From the IMG/VR virus record IMGVR_UViG_3300033067_001421, positions 1-26,786 of that record: DNA of 26,786 bases; one strand, 5' to 3'. Both the position numbers and the translations under genes were made by a program. Below, one piece after another: positions 1-8,122 of the stretch. Below the pieces are notes generated by a model. The model saw only the letters and a list, made by a program, of their open reading frames with translations. It ran no database searches and was not told where the DNA came from. Source of the DNA: a virus (taxonomy: Duplodnaviria; Caudoviricetes). Positions within the stretch are counted from its first letter, which is position 1. Each line of letters opens with the position of its first letter.

Positions 1-2
1 GT

Positions 3-254
3 GGTGCTGGCATCGTCTTGCGGGCGGTGGCCCAACACTTCGGCAAGACGGTTGCTGCGGTCAAAGAAATTTTGGAGGCCAAGCTCGCCGAGGACAAGGC
101 CCGCGGTGGTACGCTCAGTCGCAAGGCTCTGTACGCCAGTTTCCGTAATCCAGACACCGAACTTGGCCAGTTGATCTTGGCTATGGAAGCCGAGAAGAAG
201 AAGCCGGCAACCCCAATCGACGTTTCGAGCATTTTCGACACTCTCGCCGCCTAA
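3..254 (+). CDS. Hypothetical phage protein, 5'-truncated by the window edge
   Basis: The frame is open from base 3 (GAGIVLRAVAQHFGK...) to TAA at 252-254. It is helical and followed by a terminator. Confidence 0.7.
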   Translation, partial: GAGIVLRAVAQHFGKTVAAVKEILEAKLAEDKARGGTLSRKALYASFRNPDTELGQLILAMEAEKKKPATPIDVSSIFDTLAA

Positions 255-280
255 CCTCAGGCTGACGCCGGTGTGGAGAA

Positions 281-309
281 GGGCCAGCCTCACAAGGGCT
301 GGTCTTTTT
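281..309 (+). terminator. Rho-independent terminator
   Basis: GGGCCAGCCT-CACAA-GGGCTGGTCT hairpin (with G:U pairs) followed by a T run, just after the stop at 254. Confidence 0.75.
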
Positions 310-370
310 CCGTGTAGTTAGATGAACAGGAAATACGTACATTCTTTGTACAAGAAACAGGAGTCCGCAA

Positions 371-652
371 ATGCCACGTCCCAAGCACCTAACACCTAAG
401 TCTCATCTCCACATCACACTCGACGCGGAATTGAGGGCCAAGCTGGATGCCACGGTCTGGTCCGATTTGGAGGGAAAGATCCCTGCCGCCGCGCTACAAC
501 GATTTATCGAGGCAAGACTGCGGGAGTACTTCACCGACGTGCGAGTGGATCTGGCAGGAATGGTCCTGGGAGCCGGAGTTGTGTCGGGAAGCCCGGGGAC
601 GATTACCGCACTATTGGATCATCTGGAAAATTTAGAAAGGAGTCAAGCGTGA
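371..652 (+). CDS. Putative ribbon-helix-helix-like DNA-binding protein
   Basis: AGGAG RBS. MPRPK start, a beta-strand pattern HLHITLD, then helices (AELRAKLD ... LQRFIEARLREYF). Confidence 0.55.
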   Translation: MPRPKHLTPKSHLHITLDAELRAKLDATVWSDLEGKIPAAALQRFIEARLREYFTDVRVDLAGMVLGAGVVSGSPGTITALLDHLENLERSQA

Positions 653-915
653 AATACACAGGCAAGGTTGAACCATTTATTGACTGCGGTGCCCTCGGTC
701 TACTGGAGATGCACATCCAGTACGAATGCGACCCGGTGCAAGATTACGTTATCACCAAGACGGTCATTCCCGGGGTCACACTCAACGCAGACACCCAGGA
801 AATCCTGGAGGACAATCTCGAGACGAGTCCGGTTGTCTTAACCGCCATCAAGAAAGATGTGGCCAGACAGCTCCGCGAAGAGCAGCTCCAGCATATTTGG
901 GAGGACGTACAATGA
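649..915 (+). CDS. Hypothetical protein
   Basis: AAGGAG RBS, GTG start in a GTGA overlap with the upstream stop, ATGA overlap downstream. Confidence 0.7.
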   Translation: MKYTGKVEPFIDCGALGLLEMHIQYECDPVQDYVITKTVIPGVTLNADTQEILEDNLETSPVVLTAIKKDVARQLREEQLQHIWEDVQ

Positions 916-1139
916 CGCCCGGCGAACTGAACAGCAAACTGGCCTACTGGCGGCACAAGCAGGCCACCGAAGGGCTATCCACCGAAGAGCTGATTGAGGT
1001 GGTGGAGGCCCTAGCAGCCGGTAGGGCAGCCGCACAGGTTGCCTCGACAACAAGTCGCACCACGAAGGCAGCGGTGAAGGCAGCCAACGGGCCTGTGGCA
1101 CAATCAACCCTGGACGATATTTTTGGGGCACTATCATGA
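912..1139 (+). CDS. Hypothetical protein (MTPGELNSKLAYWR...)
   Basis: Start corrected from 726 to the ATG at 912, based on the GGAGG RBS and ATGA overlaps at both ends. Confidence 0.7.
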   Translation: MTPGELNSKLAYWRHKQATEGLSTEELIEVVEALAAGRAAAQVASTTSRTTKAAVKAANGPVAQSTLDDIFGALS

Positions 1140-1549
1140 GCACAACTTGGCGGAAGAAGGGGCTGTGGATTAAAGACGAAAACACCTTTTCAGTGGAGGT
1201 ATCCCATCGAGTGAATCCAGATGGAACCTACCACAGTTGGAACGTCTATGCGTACATAGGGAAAAAACACCCAAGGTTTGCTCGATTCATCGGTACCTAC
1301 TTTTCGCAAGCAGCGACCGACGAACTTCCATTCCACGGTGGGTGCACCTTCTGTGAGCTGCAACAGTTTGGCCGGCATAGTTGTTACAAAGTCGGCTCAG
1401 ACTACCACCACCTCGGCGATCATGGATTTGAGATAGCGGAATCGGAGGATGATGAGTACGCTCAGGAAGTTTTCCGTGACGCACAAAAACTATACGATTT
1501 TCTGCTCGCCGAGCAAGATGCAGCAACACCACCACTATCTGACAGCTAA
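1136..1549 (+). CDS. Conserved uncharacterised phage protein (HP...HGGxT...GxDxxHxxD pattern)
   Basis: Motifs WNVYAY, HP, HGGCTF and GSDYHHLGD resemble a recurrent phage family. Translationally coupled to the upstream gene. Confidence 0.7.
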   Translation: MSTTWRKKGLWIKDENTFSVEVSHRVNPDGTYHSWNVYAYIGKKHPRFARFIGTYFSQAATDELPFHGGCTFCELQQFGRHSCYKVGSDYHHLGDHGFEIAESEDDEYAQEVFRDAQKLYDFLLAEQDAATPPLSDS

Positions 1550-1560
1550 GGAGTTCCCCA

Positions 1561-2466
1561 ATGCGTCCACCATTTCCCGAGGTAATTGATTCTTCCATGC
1601 GATCGGACTTTGTTTCCTGCCCACGCAAATGTGAGCTGAAGAATCTCCTTCACTGGAAACCAAAGGACCAGTCGATTCACCTCCACGCCGGTGGAGCCTA
1701 TGCACACGGACTGGAGGTGGCAAGACGGGCATTCTATGGAGAGAAGCGGCCAGCGAAGGAAGCTATCGGTCTGGGTTTGGCGGCCCTCATGGAAAAGTAC
1801 GGAGACTTCCAATGTCCGCCGGAATCTGCGAAAAGCTGTGAACGTATGCTCGGTGCGCTGGAGTACTACTTCCACGCATTCCCGCTGACCGCAGACTACG
1901 CAACTCCCCACAAATTCGGGGATGATATTCTCGGGGTGGAATTCTCCTTCGTAGAACCCATTGATGTGGTTCATCCAGAAACAGGGCAGCCACTGCTCTA
2001 CGCTGGTCGCCTAGATGCGGTAATGGACTTTGCAGGAGGGGTTTATCCTCTGGACGACAAGACAACCTCGGGAATTGGTCCAAAGTGGAGTCAACAGTGG
2101 GATTTGCGTTCTCAATTTACCGCTTATAGCTGGGGCGTGCGAAAGGCGGGTATCGACACCCAGGGGTTTATGGTTCGGGGACTGGCAATTCTCAAGACCA
2201 AGTACGATCACGCGGAAGCTATCACCTATCGTCCAGCCTGGATGGTGGAACGCTGGTACAACCAGATGCTCCGCGACGTGAAGCGGATGATTGAGTGTTG
2301 GAAAGAGGGGTATTGGGACTACAACCTAGACGAAAGCTGCAACGCTTATGGCGGTTGTGAGTTCAAGCAAATCTGCATGACAAACCGGCCGGAAGACTGG
2401 CTGAAGACCGGCTTTGAACGTCGGAAATGGGACCCGGTTACTCGGGTTGAAATGAAGTTGGATTAA
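1561..2466 (+). CDS. PD-(D/E)XK nuclease, Cas4/RecB-like exonuclease
   Basis: N-terminal SCPRK, GRLD and DDKTT catalytic motifs, QFTAY, and a C-terminal C-x5-C-x5-C (CNAYGGCEFKQIC) typical of Fe-S-binding Cas4/AddB-like nucleases. AAGGAG RBS. Confidence 0.88.
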   Translation: MRPPFPEVIDSSMRSDFVSCPRKCELKNLLHWKPKDQSIHLHAGGAYAHGLEVARRAFYGEKRPAKEAIGLGLAALMEKYGDFQCPPESAKSCERMLGALEYYFHAFPLTADYATPHKFGDDILGVEFSFVEPIDVVHPETGQPLLYAGRLDAVMDFAGGVYPLDDKTTSGIGPKWSQQWDLRSQFTAYSWGVRKAGIDTQGFMVRGLAILKTKYDHAEAITYRPAWMVERWYNQMLRDVKRMIECWKEGYWDYNLDESCNAYGGCEFKQICMTNRPEDWLKTGFERRKWDPVTRVEMKLD

Positions 2467-2521
2467 TTGCTCCGCGAGACATTGCGCCGCGAGCCTAACA
2501 AACTATACAAGGGGTGTTACC

Positions 2522-2881
2522 ATGCAAATCGAACTGGATCAAGACAAAATCACTGAAGCTATCAACCAAACCGCATCTATGGCTGTCGAAGACTCCTTGA
2601 GGGGGTATTCAGTTCAGCGGGCCATTGCTGAGGTTGTGACAAAAGAGGTTGCAACGGGTGCTATTGCTGAGGCAATCCGACAAGCTGTCAAACAAATGGA
2701 CACTGTAAAGCTGACACAACATCTTGCCGAAGAAATGCAACGCCACACAACTCGCGCTGTAGTGAATGTCTTACAGGAAGGTATGTTGCAAACCGTTTGC
2801 AAACTGCGTGGTATCGGAGACTACAGCGAAGCAGATAAAAAAGAGCGGGCTCGGTTGAAGTTTGAACTCTTTTCGGGTTAA
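2522..2881 (+). CDS. Hypothetical helical protein
   Basis: AAGGGG RBS and ATG start, 119 aa, in the operon direction. Confidence 0.7.
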   Translation: MQIELDQDKITEAINQTASMAVEDSLRGYSVQRAIAEVVTKEVATGAIAEAIRQAVKQMDTVKLTQHLAEEMQRHTTRAVVNVLQEGMLQTVCKLRGIGDYSEADKKERARLKFELFSG

Positions 2882-2892
2882 GGAGATTTATC

Positions 2893-3177
2893 ATGAGTAT
2901 CAAAGTGAAATTGTTCGTAGATGCGTGGATTACGGAGTATGCTGAACCCAGTGTCTTTGTGACAACTTATGAGAAAGGCCCTCAACCCGACTACATGCGG
3001 CTTGGGGTGATGGAGGTCGAATTTCCTTTCGACATACCGACGGAAGAGAAATGCATAGTTCATCGTAAGAAGATGGAAGAACTGGCACAAATTCAGCGTC
3101 GTGAAACTTTGTTGAAGGAAATTGCCGCGATTGATGCAGCGTTGAATATTTTGCCGCAACAACGCACTGCAGACTAA
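2893..3177 (+). CDS. Hypothetical protein with C-terminal coiled coil
   Basis: AAGGAG RBS, 94 aa. Confidence 0.7.
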   Translation: MSIKVKLFVDAWITEYAEPSVFVTTYEKGPQPDYMRLGVMEVEFPFDIPTEEKCIVHRKKMEELAQIQRRETLLKEIAAIDAALNILPQQRTAD

Positions 3178-3187
3178 CCCCGTTTCC

Positions 3188-3258
3188 GCCAGCCCCGAAG
3201 TCACCTCTCTTAAGAAAGGAGGAAGACTGCATCGGGAAAATGCAGGGGCTGGCACCCA
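3188..3258 (+). ncRNA. Candidate structured ncRNA (three-way junction, tRNA-like 3' half)
   Basis: GCCAGCCCC (3188-3196) pairs perfectly with GGGGCTGGC (3245-3253). It encloses an AGTC/GACT plus CCTC-CTT/AAG-GAGG arm and a TGCAT-CGGGAAA-ATGCA hairpin. Intergenic. Confidence 0.45.
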
Positions 3259-3279
3259 ACACCACACCACAGGCAAACC

Positions 3280-3405
3280 ATGTTCTACTACCGCCAGAGT
3301 TCTACCACAATTTTCCTGCTCCCGACTTGTGCAGTTGGGATCGACACTGACGGACTCTACTTTTTCGAGGTAGCGTGGCTTTGTTGGGCTGTAGGAATTG
3401 CGTGA
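3280..3405 (+). CDS. Small 41-aa hydrophobic protein (not in ORF track)
   Basis: Hand translation: MFYYRQSSTTIFLLPTCAVGIDTDGLYFFEVAWLCWAVGIA*. ACAGG upstream; fills the gap before the next gene. Confidence 0.55.
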   Translation: MFYYRQSSTTIFLLPTCAVGIDTDGLYFFEVAWLCWAVGIA

Positions 3406-3440
3406 TTGCTGTAAATAGACCACTCACTAAGGACATTTCC

Positions 3441-3860
3441 ATGTACGATATTACAGTGCTTACCCTCGTATCCCAAGGCAAGAAGGAGTATCTCCGTAAC
3501 GAAGTCACCTTCTATAGAGTTGGGACAGATGTTCGTACCTTTGTTTCGGAAAGCTGTGGAGTGACCTTAGGGAGACTTCGCCAGCTACCTGAGTGTGTCA
3601 GCGCAGATGCTTGGCACTTGAAATATCGGACAGTGGTTAAGCTCACCGGCACCCACACAATTATTTCGGATACCCGGCTGATCACATTCCCGGGAATGTC
3701 TTGGGCGCAGATGCAGGACTTCCGCCAGTGGGCTATTGGGCAACTGAATGAAACACTCACGGTGATTGATGAAGAGACAGGTCCTGATGTGTGTGCGCCA
3801 GAGTTCCGGAAGCGCAACTGGATTTGGACGGTGCTGAAGATGCTTTGGACTCGGAAATGA
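3441..3860 (+). CDS. Hypothetical protein
   Basis: Start moved to the ATG at 3441 after TAAGGA RBS. ATGA overlap with the next gene. Confidence 0.65.
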   Translation: MYDITVLTLVSQGKKEYLRNEVTFYRVGTDVRTFVSESCGVTLGRLRQLPECVSADAWHLKYRTVVKLTGTHTIISDTRLITFPGMSWAQMQDFRQWAIGQLNETLTVIDEETGPDVCAPEFRKRNWIWTVLKMLWTRK

Positions 3861-4228
3861 AACAGCACTTTTGGGTACAGAACTCCTACCTTGGTTGCCG
3901 GGAAATCCCACGTTTCAATCCAGCTGATCCAGCCAGTACAGCAAGGGGCACCTATCTACCACACTTCAACACCGCCTACTTTTGCCCTACGTGCGGAGAA
4001 ATATGGGGAAGAATCACCTTCGAGGAGGCACATCCACGTTGGCAGGTAATCTCGCGCTCCTGTCGTGCTCACGCCACACAGGGCTGGAAATTTGAGGGCT
4101 GCCTTCAGTCATCCTTCCCCGGCAACGATCCATGCCGGTTTGCCCACGACTGGCCGGTAGAGGCTATGCGGTGGGAAGCAGAAACCCTCCTTTCACGAAA
4201 CGTTGAGGAACTAATATGCCAGATGTAG
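3857..4228 (+). CDS. Hypothetical protein with CxxC zinc-binding motif
   Basis: Start at the ATGA overlap (3857). FCPTCGEIW and CRAH motifs. Confidence 0.65.
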   Translation: MKQHFWVQNSYLGCREIPRFNPADPASTARGTYLPHFNTAYFCPTCGEIWGRITFEEAHPRWQVISRSCRAHATQGWKFEGCLQSSFPGNDPCRFAHDWPVEAMRWEAETLLSRNVEELICQM

Positions 4229-4401
4229 AAATGCGGAAAGCTTTCCAGCGCTTACCGGAGGTTGAGGCAAAGTTGGAAGCAGCAGAACAACTCGTAGAGC
4301 AATTGCAAGTTGAACTTAGACTGGCCCTTAGCCACGTTAATGATCAGTACATACTTGCAGGCCACTACATGCGAGTCATGGCCAAGTATTTATCAACGTA
4401 G
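4216..4401 (+). CDS. Small coiled-coil protein
   Basis: GAGG RBS. Heptad pattern LPEVEAKLEAAEQLVEQLQVEL. Confidence 0.6.
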   Translation: MPDVEMRKAFQRLPEVEAKLEAAEQLVEQLQVELRLALSHVNDQYILAGHYMRVMAKYLST

Positions 4402-4423
4402 TATAACTCGGAGAAAACCAGCA

Positions 4424-5317
4424 ATGTCAATTGAAATCATGCAATCAATCGAGCCCACCGATCTCCCCGGCCCGAAGATCCTGCTCGAAGGCCCATCTGG
4501 CACAGGAAAGAGTTTCGCTATTGGTTCTCTCGTTGATTGGGCAGACCGCAACAAGCAGGAGGTCTTCATCCTTTTCACAGAGCAAGGTGGCCTGGAGTCG
4601 GTCCTTGGGTATTGGAGAGACACCAACTGCCCGCCCTTCAACCGCAAAGTTCCAGCTCCAATTCCCGAGTGCCTCCATTGGCACGTCATCAAAACGCCGG
4701 CAATGAGTCTCGACGCTCTCATCGGCAACGCAACCAGAACCGGGCAGTTGAGCTACCAAGCGCTCACCCAATGGACGGACCCCAACCGCAGTATCAACAA
4801 TCCATGGGAACTCTTTCTGAAAAAATTGCAGAAATTTACCTGCGATCGCACTGGAAAGGACTTCGGGAACGTCGGGGAGTGGAAATCTGACCGCATCCTG
4901 GTGAATGACAGCTTGTCGGAGACAGCCAACGCTTGTTTCCGAATGGTGCTGGGAGCAAAGGCCACGGCCAGTCAGCCTGAATACGGGGTGGCCCAACAGA
5001 ACCTACTCGGCTGCATCCGCTGGCTCACGCAGTTCTTGCAATGCACCTTTGTCCTAACCGCCCATGTGCAGCGCCAGACGAATGAACTGAGCGGTGTTAC
5101 CTCCGTGATGACGAAGGCGATCGGCAAAGCACTCGGAGACGAATTCTGCCCACTGTTTAGTGATGTGATTTTGACGGTTCGGGACGGAAATACATTCTAC
5201 TGGGATACCGCGGCACCAGGAGTTGATCTCAAAACGCGCTATCTCCCCATTCGGACGAAGATTGCACCGGACTTTGGTATCATAATGGACAAGTGGCGCC
5301 AGCGGCGCACAATCTAA
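4424..5317 (+). CDS. AAA_24/Sak4-like P-loop ATPase (phage recombination NTPase)
   Basis: Walker A GPSGTGKS, Walker B-like ILVNDSLS, and LTAHV. Start at MSIEIM after GGAG. Lies in a Cas4-like nuclease/ATPase/SSB gene context. Confidence 0.8.
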   Translation: MSIEIMQSIEPTDLPGPKILLEGPSGTGKSFAIGSLVDWADRNKQEVFILFTEQGGLESVLGYWRDTNCPPFNRKVPAPIPECLHWHVIKTPAMSLDALIGNATRTGQLSYQALTQWTDPNRSINNPWELFLKKLQKFTCDRTGKDFGNVGEWKSDRILVNDSLSETANACFRMVLGAKATASQPEYGVAQQNLLGCIRWLTQFLQCTFVLTAHVQRQTNELSGVTSVMTKAIGKALGDEFCPLFSDVILTVRDGNTFYWDTAAPGVDLKTRYLPIRTKIAPDFGIIMDKWRQRRTI

Positions 5318-5330
5318 AGGAGTAATAACT

Positions 5331-5795
5331 ATGCCTCTTTATATAAGATGGTTTAATGCTGCAACAGGTAAAATGGAGTCAAAAACGGACCCAACCTACG
5401 ATGCCTGGCATCGTATGAAGGGGCGTTGTGATAACCAAAAAGACCCTGTTTATCCAGATTACGGAGGTAGGGGTATCGCCTACCAAGAATCCTGGAAACG
5501 TTTCAAAGCATTTTTAACTGATATGGGAAACAAACCAGAAGGATACACCCTAGAGCGTGTAGATAACGATGGGAACTACACGAAAGAAAATTGTCGCTGG
5601 GCAACCAGGGCGACACAAGCCCGGAACAGAAGAAGTACAATACTGACACTGGAGATTGTGTTGAACATCAAAGAGGAGCAGAGTATAACCGAATTAAATA
5701 ACAGTGCATTGTCTAGAAAGTTGGGACAGGAACTTGGGGTAAAGTCTGGAACAATTCGCAATGTACTTTCTGGAGCTAAATGGAAAGAAACATGA
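5331..5795 (+). CDS. Free-standing HNH homing endonuclease with C-terminal HTH
   Basis: [17 protein letters not shown] and [19 protein letters not shown]...QARNRR motifs, with an HTH-like C-terminus ([17 protein letters not shown]). Visibly more AT-rich than its neighbours. Confidence 0.88.
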   Translation: MPLYIRWFNAATGKMESKTDPTYDAWHRMKGRCDNQKDPVYPDYGGRGIAYQESWKRFKAFLTDMGNKPEGYTLERVDNDGNYTKENCRWATRATQARNRRSTILTLEIVLNIKEEQSITELNNSALSRKLGQELGVKSGTIRNVLSGAKWKET

Positions 5796-5825
5796 AACAA
5801 CGTCGCAGGGCGACTTAAAGAGCAA

Positions 5826-5908
5826 CGTCAGGTGATGTGGATCAATAGTCAGATAACGTGGGTACCCACCAAATGATGAAGCAGGTTAGACTCCTGCCCT
5901 GGCATCCA
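5826..5908 (+). ncRNA. tRNA-like element / degenerate tRNA
   Basis: Acceptor stem CGTCAGG (5826-5832) / CCTGGCA (5898-5904), T-arm GCAGG-TTAGACT-CCTGC (5881-5897), discriminator T and encoded CCA (5906-5908). No canonical 7-nt anticodon loop. Confidence 0.6.
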
Positions 5909-5986
5909 ATTCCCCCGCCTGAGTAACGGGAGTCTTAGCAGCACCACTCACATCAGCAGTCTCATTCATTTACAAGGAGTATCATC

Positions 5987-6442
5987 ATGCAAGTTTTCGA
6001 CCCCACGCAGTTTCTCGATATCACTGTCGACAGTCCGTTTCAAGAGCGTATCCCGCTGCCGGTCGGCGAATATACCGCAATGATCGGTCAGATCGGCGCA
6101 CGCAGTTGGCAGTCCAAGGATGGCACCAAGTCTGGTGTGGCTTGGGATATCCCTCTGGTTGTGGATGTTCCTCCCGAGGTTCAGCAGGAATGCCAGTGCG
6201 GCCCGACGGTAAAAATCACCGATAGTGCCATGCTGGATATTAACGAAAGCGGTAATGGCTTTGACTTCGGTCCTGGCAAGAATCGGGTATTGAAGCAGTA
6301 TCGGGAAGCTACCGATATGAACAAGCCCGGAGACAAATTCAGTGCGCGGGTACTGCAGGGCAAGGTCATCAAGGTGCGGATTACCCACGACCTGTGGGAA
6401 GGAGTTGTTCGGGAGAAGATCGGCGGTCGTACCAAGGCGTAA
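5987..6442 (+). CDS. Putative single-stranded DNA-binding protein (DUF669-like OB fold)
   Basis: PLPVGEYTAMI N-terminus, SKDG, and LQGKVIKVRITH C-terminal strand. AAGGAG RBS. Downstream of the Sak4-like ATPase. Confidence 0.65.
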   Translation: MQVFDPTQFLDITVDSPFQERIPLPVGEYTAMIGQIGARSWQSKDGTKSGVAWDIPLVVDVPPEVQQECQCGPTVKITDSAMLDINESGNGFDFGPGKNRVLKQYREATDMNKPGDKFSARVLQGKVIKVRITHDLWEGVVREKIGGRTKA

Positions 6443-6489
6443 GCTGAGGGACCTGCCAGGACGTGTGCCTACCCACAGTTGATAGGACA

Positions 6490-6523
6490 GGGGGAGTCCA
6501 ACGCAAAAGCTGAGGATTCCCCC
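6490..6523 (+). terminator. Intergenic stem-loop (terminator or processing site)
   Basis: GGGGGAGTCC/GGATTCCCCC 10-bp stem with one G:U pair, downstream of the SSB gene. No immediate U tract. Confidence 0.4.
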
Positions 6524-6559
6524 AATCATTAATCGTTGTTTTTGGTTAAAGGTAACAAA

Positions 6560-6781
6560 ATGCAAACAGAAATACTCGACCGTCTGGTTTTGGAGTTATC
6601 GCAGATAACACAAGCTACATCCGCAAAAGAACAAGCACTGCAACGGAGAATTGACTCTCTTAAGCTAGCTATCCAACCGTTCGCTAACATAGTCCTAACA
6701 TCCAGCGGACGGATACCAGTTGAACGACTGTTACTTGACGACTGGCTTTCACTTGTGAGGGCTTACAAAGCCGAATATTAA
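6560..6781 (+). CDS. Hypothetical protein
   Basis: Start at MQTEILD after AAAGG RBS. Confidence 0.6.
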   Translation: MQTEILDRLVLELSQITQATSAKEQALQRRIDSLKLAIQPFANIVLTSSGRIPVERLLLDDWLSLVRAYKAEY

Positions 6782-6817
6782 CCTGTAACGCGCAACCCTT
6801 TGGTGAGGAGAAAAAGG

Positions 6818-7132
6818 ATGGACGATTTCAAACGTGAGCTGTACATGGAAGCGCAGAAGTTTCTTTTGCGGAATCCACGCAACAGTGTGTGCGGAGCTTT
6901 GGCTACGGTTCTCTGCGAATTGACTGGAAAAAAGCACGTAAACTTGGCATACGGGGAAGTAGAAGAATTATTTCCAGAATTTTATGCTTTACATGATCGG
7001 ATTGAATGGAGTCGATTAGGGAAAAGGCTGGATAAGACCGGCGCCCAAGCCAGCGAGGTTTATTGGTGGGAGCCAAGCTGGATAGAGCCGCGTATTCGCG
7101 CAATCGACTGTCTTTTGAACCTATACGCTTAA
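6818..7132 (+). CDS. Hypothetical protein
   Basis: Start at MDDFKREL after GAGGAG RBS. Confidence 0.6.
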   Translation: MDDFKRELYMEAQKFLLRNPRNSVCGALATVLCELTGKKHVNLAYGEVEELFPEFYALHDRIEWSRLGKRLDKTGAQASEVYWWEPSWIEPRIRAIDCLLNLYA

Positions 7133-7149
7133 TTGAAAGGACTCTAATT

Positions 7150-7374
7150 ATGCCAAGTGTGTTTCAATGTTCTATAGACAACAGCACAAAATTTACAACC
7201 TGCTGTTCTGCTGCCATCTGTGATGATCAACAGCGCTGTCCTCGATGTAATAAAGATGTGTACCCATTTTTCGAGGGGATGAGTGAGGCAGAACGCCGCG
7301 AAGCAGCTGGGGGGTATTATAATCACAATACGCGTGTGGCTCGTGACTTAGCTGCGCGTAAACAAGATCGGTAA
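7150..7374 (+). CDS. Small zinc-ribbon protein
   Basis: TTCCSAAICDDQQRCPRC. AAAGGA RBS before the ATG at 7150. Confidence 0.65.
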   Translation: MPSVFQCSIDNSTKFTTCCSAAICDDQQRCPRCNKDVYPFFEGMSEAERREAAGGYYNHNTRVARDLAARKQDR

Positions 7375-7395
7375 TTTAACCAGAAGGAAACCAGT

Positions 7396-8094
7396 ATGAC
7401 CACCTACATTATCGACACCGAGACCACTGGCCTAAAAGACCCACAGGTAATTGAACTTGGCTGGCTGAGGTTTGCGGACATTGCAGGTCTCAGCCAAATT
7501 GACGAAGGTACAACAGTTCTTCGCTTTCGACCTGGTAAGGAAATCGAGCTCGGAGCGCTGGCCACACACCATATTCAGTTGAAGGAGCTGGTCGACTGCC
7601 CGAGCTACGACACAGCGAAACTTCCGGCGGATACCCAGTTCATCATCGGGCACAACGTGGACTTCGACTGGAAAGTACTCGGCCGCCCGGAGGTTGGGCG
7701 CATCTGTACCCAGGCGTTGAGTCAGTGGCTATGGCCAATGCTGGATAGCCACAAACTTGGCGCACTGACCTATAAGTTCAATCCAGATGTAGCTAAAGAC
7801 TGGCTGAAGACTGCACATGGAGTTGCTGGTGATATTCAGTTGTGCCGGCGTCTTCTGATTGCGATTCTCACGGAACTTAAGTCACGCAACATCGAAGTCG
7901 ATTCTTTTGAGACTCTCTGGAAAATATCTGAACGTGCGAGGATACCGAAGGTCATGACATTCGGCAAGCATAAGGGTTTGCCTATAGCCGAGGTACCAAT
8001 GGGATGGGTAACTTGGTATCTGAAGCAAGAAGACACTGATCCTTATCTGGTAAAGGCTTTTGCCGAGGCAAGGTCTGCTAAACGTAGCTGGTAA
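7396..8094 (+). CDS. DEDDh 3'-5' exonuclease, exodeoxyribonuclease X-like
   Basis: DTETTG, GHNVDFD and HGVAGD motifs, plus the C-terminal MTFGKHKG...WYL module seen in ExoX. Confidence 0.88.
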   Translation: MTTYIIDTETTGLKDPQVIELGWLRFADIAGLSQIDEGTTVLRFRPGKEIELGALATHHIQLKELVDCPSYDTAKLPADTQFIIGHNVDFDWKVLGRPEVGRICTQALSQWLWPMLDSHKLGALTYKFNPDVAKDWLKTAHGVAGDIQLCRRLLIAILTELKSRNIEVDSFETLWKISERARIPKVMTFGKHKGLPIAEVPMGWVTWYLKQEDTDPYLVKAFAEARSAKRSW

Positions 8095-8122
8095 TTCCAC
8101 CAAGCATAACGAGGAGTAACGT

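Noticed and set aside
1136-1170. Shared WRKKG-x-W between this ORF and the 12170 small ORF
   Set aside because: The match is too short, and the rest of the two proteins is unrelated.
1561-2466. Cas4-like nuclease as evidence of a CRISPR-Cas system
   Set aside because: No repeat-spacer array or other cas genes were seen. Solo Cas4-like nucleases are common in phage recombination modules.
4379-4408. Sigma70 promoter (TATAAC) upstream of the ATPase
   Set aside because: No convincing -35 element at the proper spacing, so it cannot be supported from sequence alone.
5826-5908. Functional tRNA-Tyr(GTA) or initiator tRNA
   Set aside because: GTA lies inside a palindrome with no 5-bp stem/7-nt loop and no U33. 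The D-arm is irregular and there is no CAT anticodon.
5318-5986. Group I intron carrying the HNH gene
   Set aside because: The flanking genes look complete with their own stop and RBS, and no intron core elements were recognised.
6490-6530. CTGAGGA matching the hammerhead ribozyme core CUGANGA
   Set aside because: No correctly placed GAAA or three-stem arrangement.
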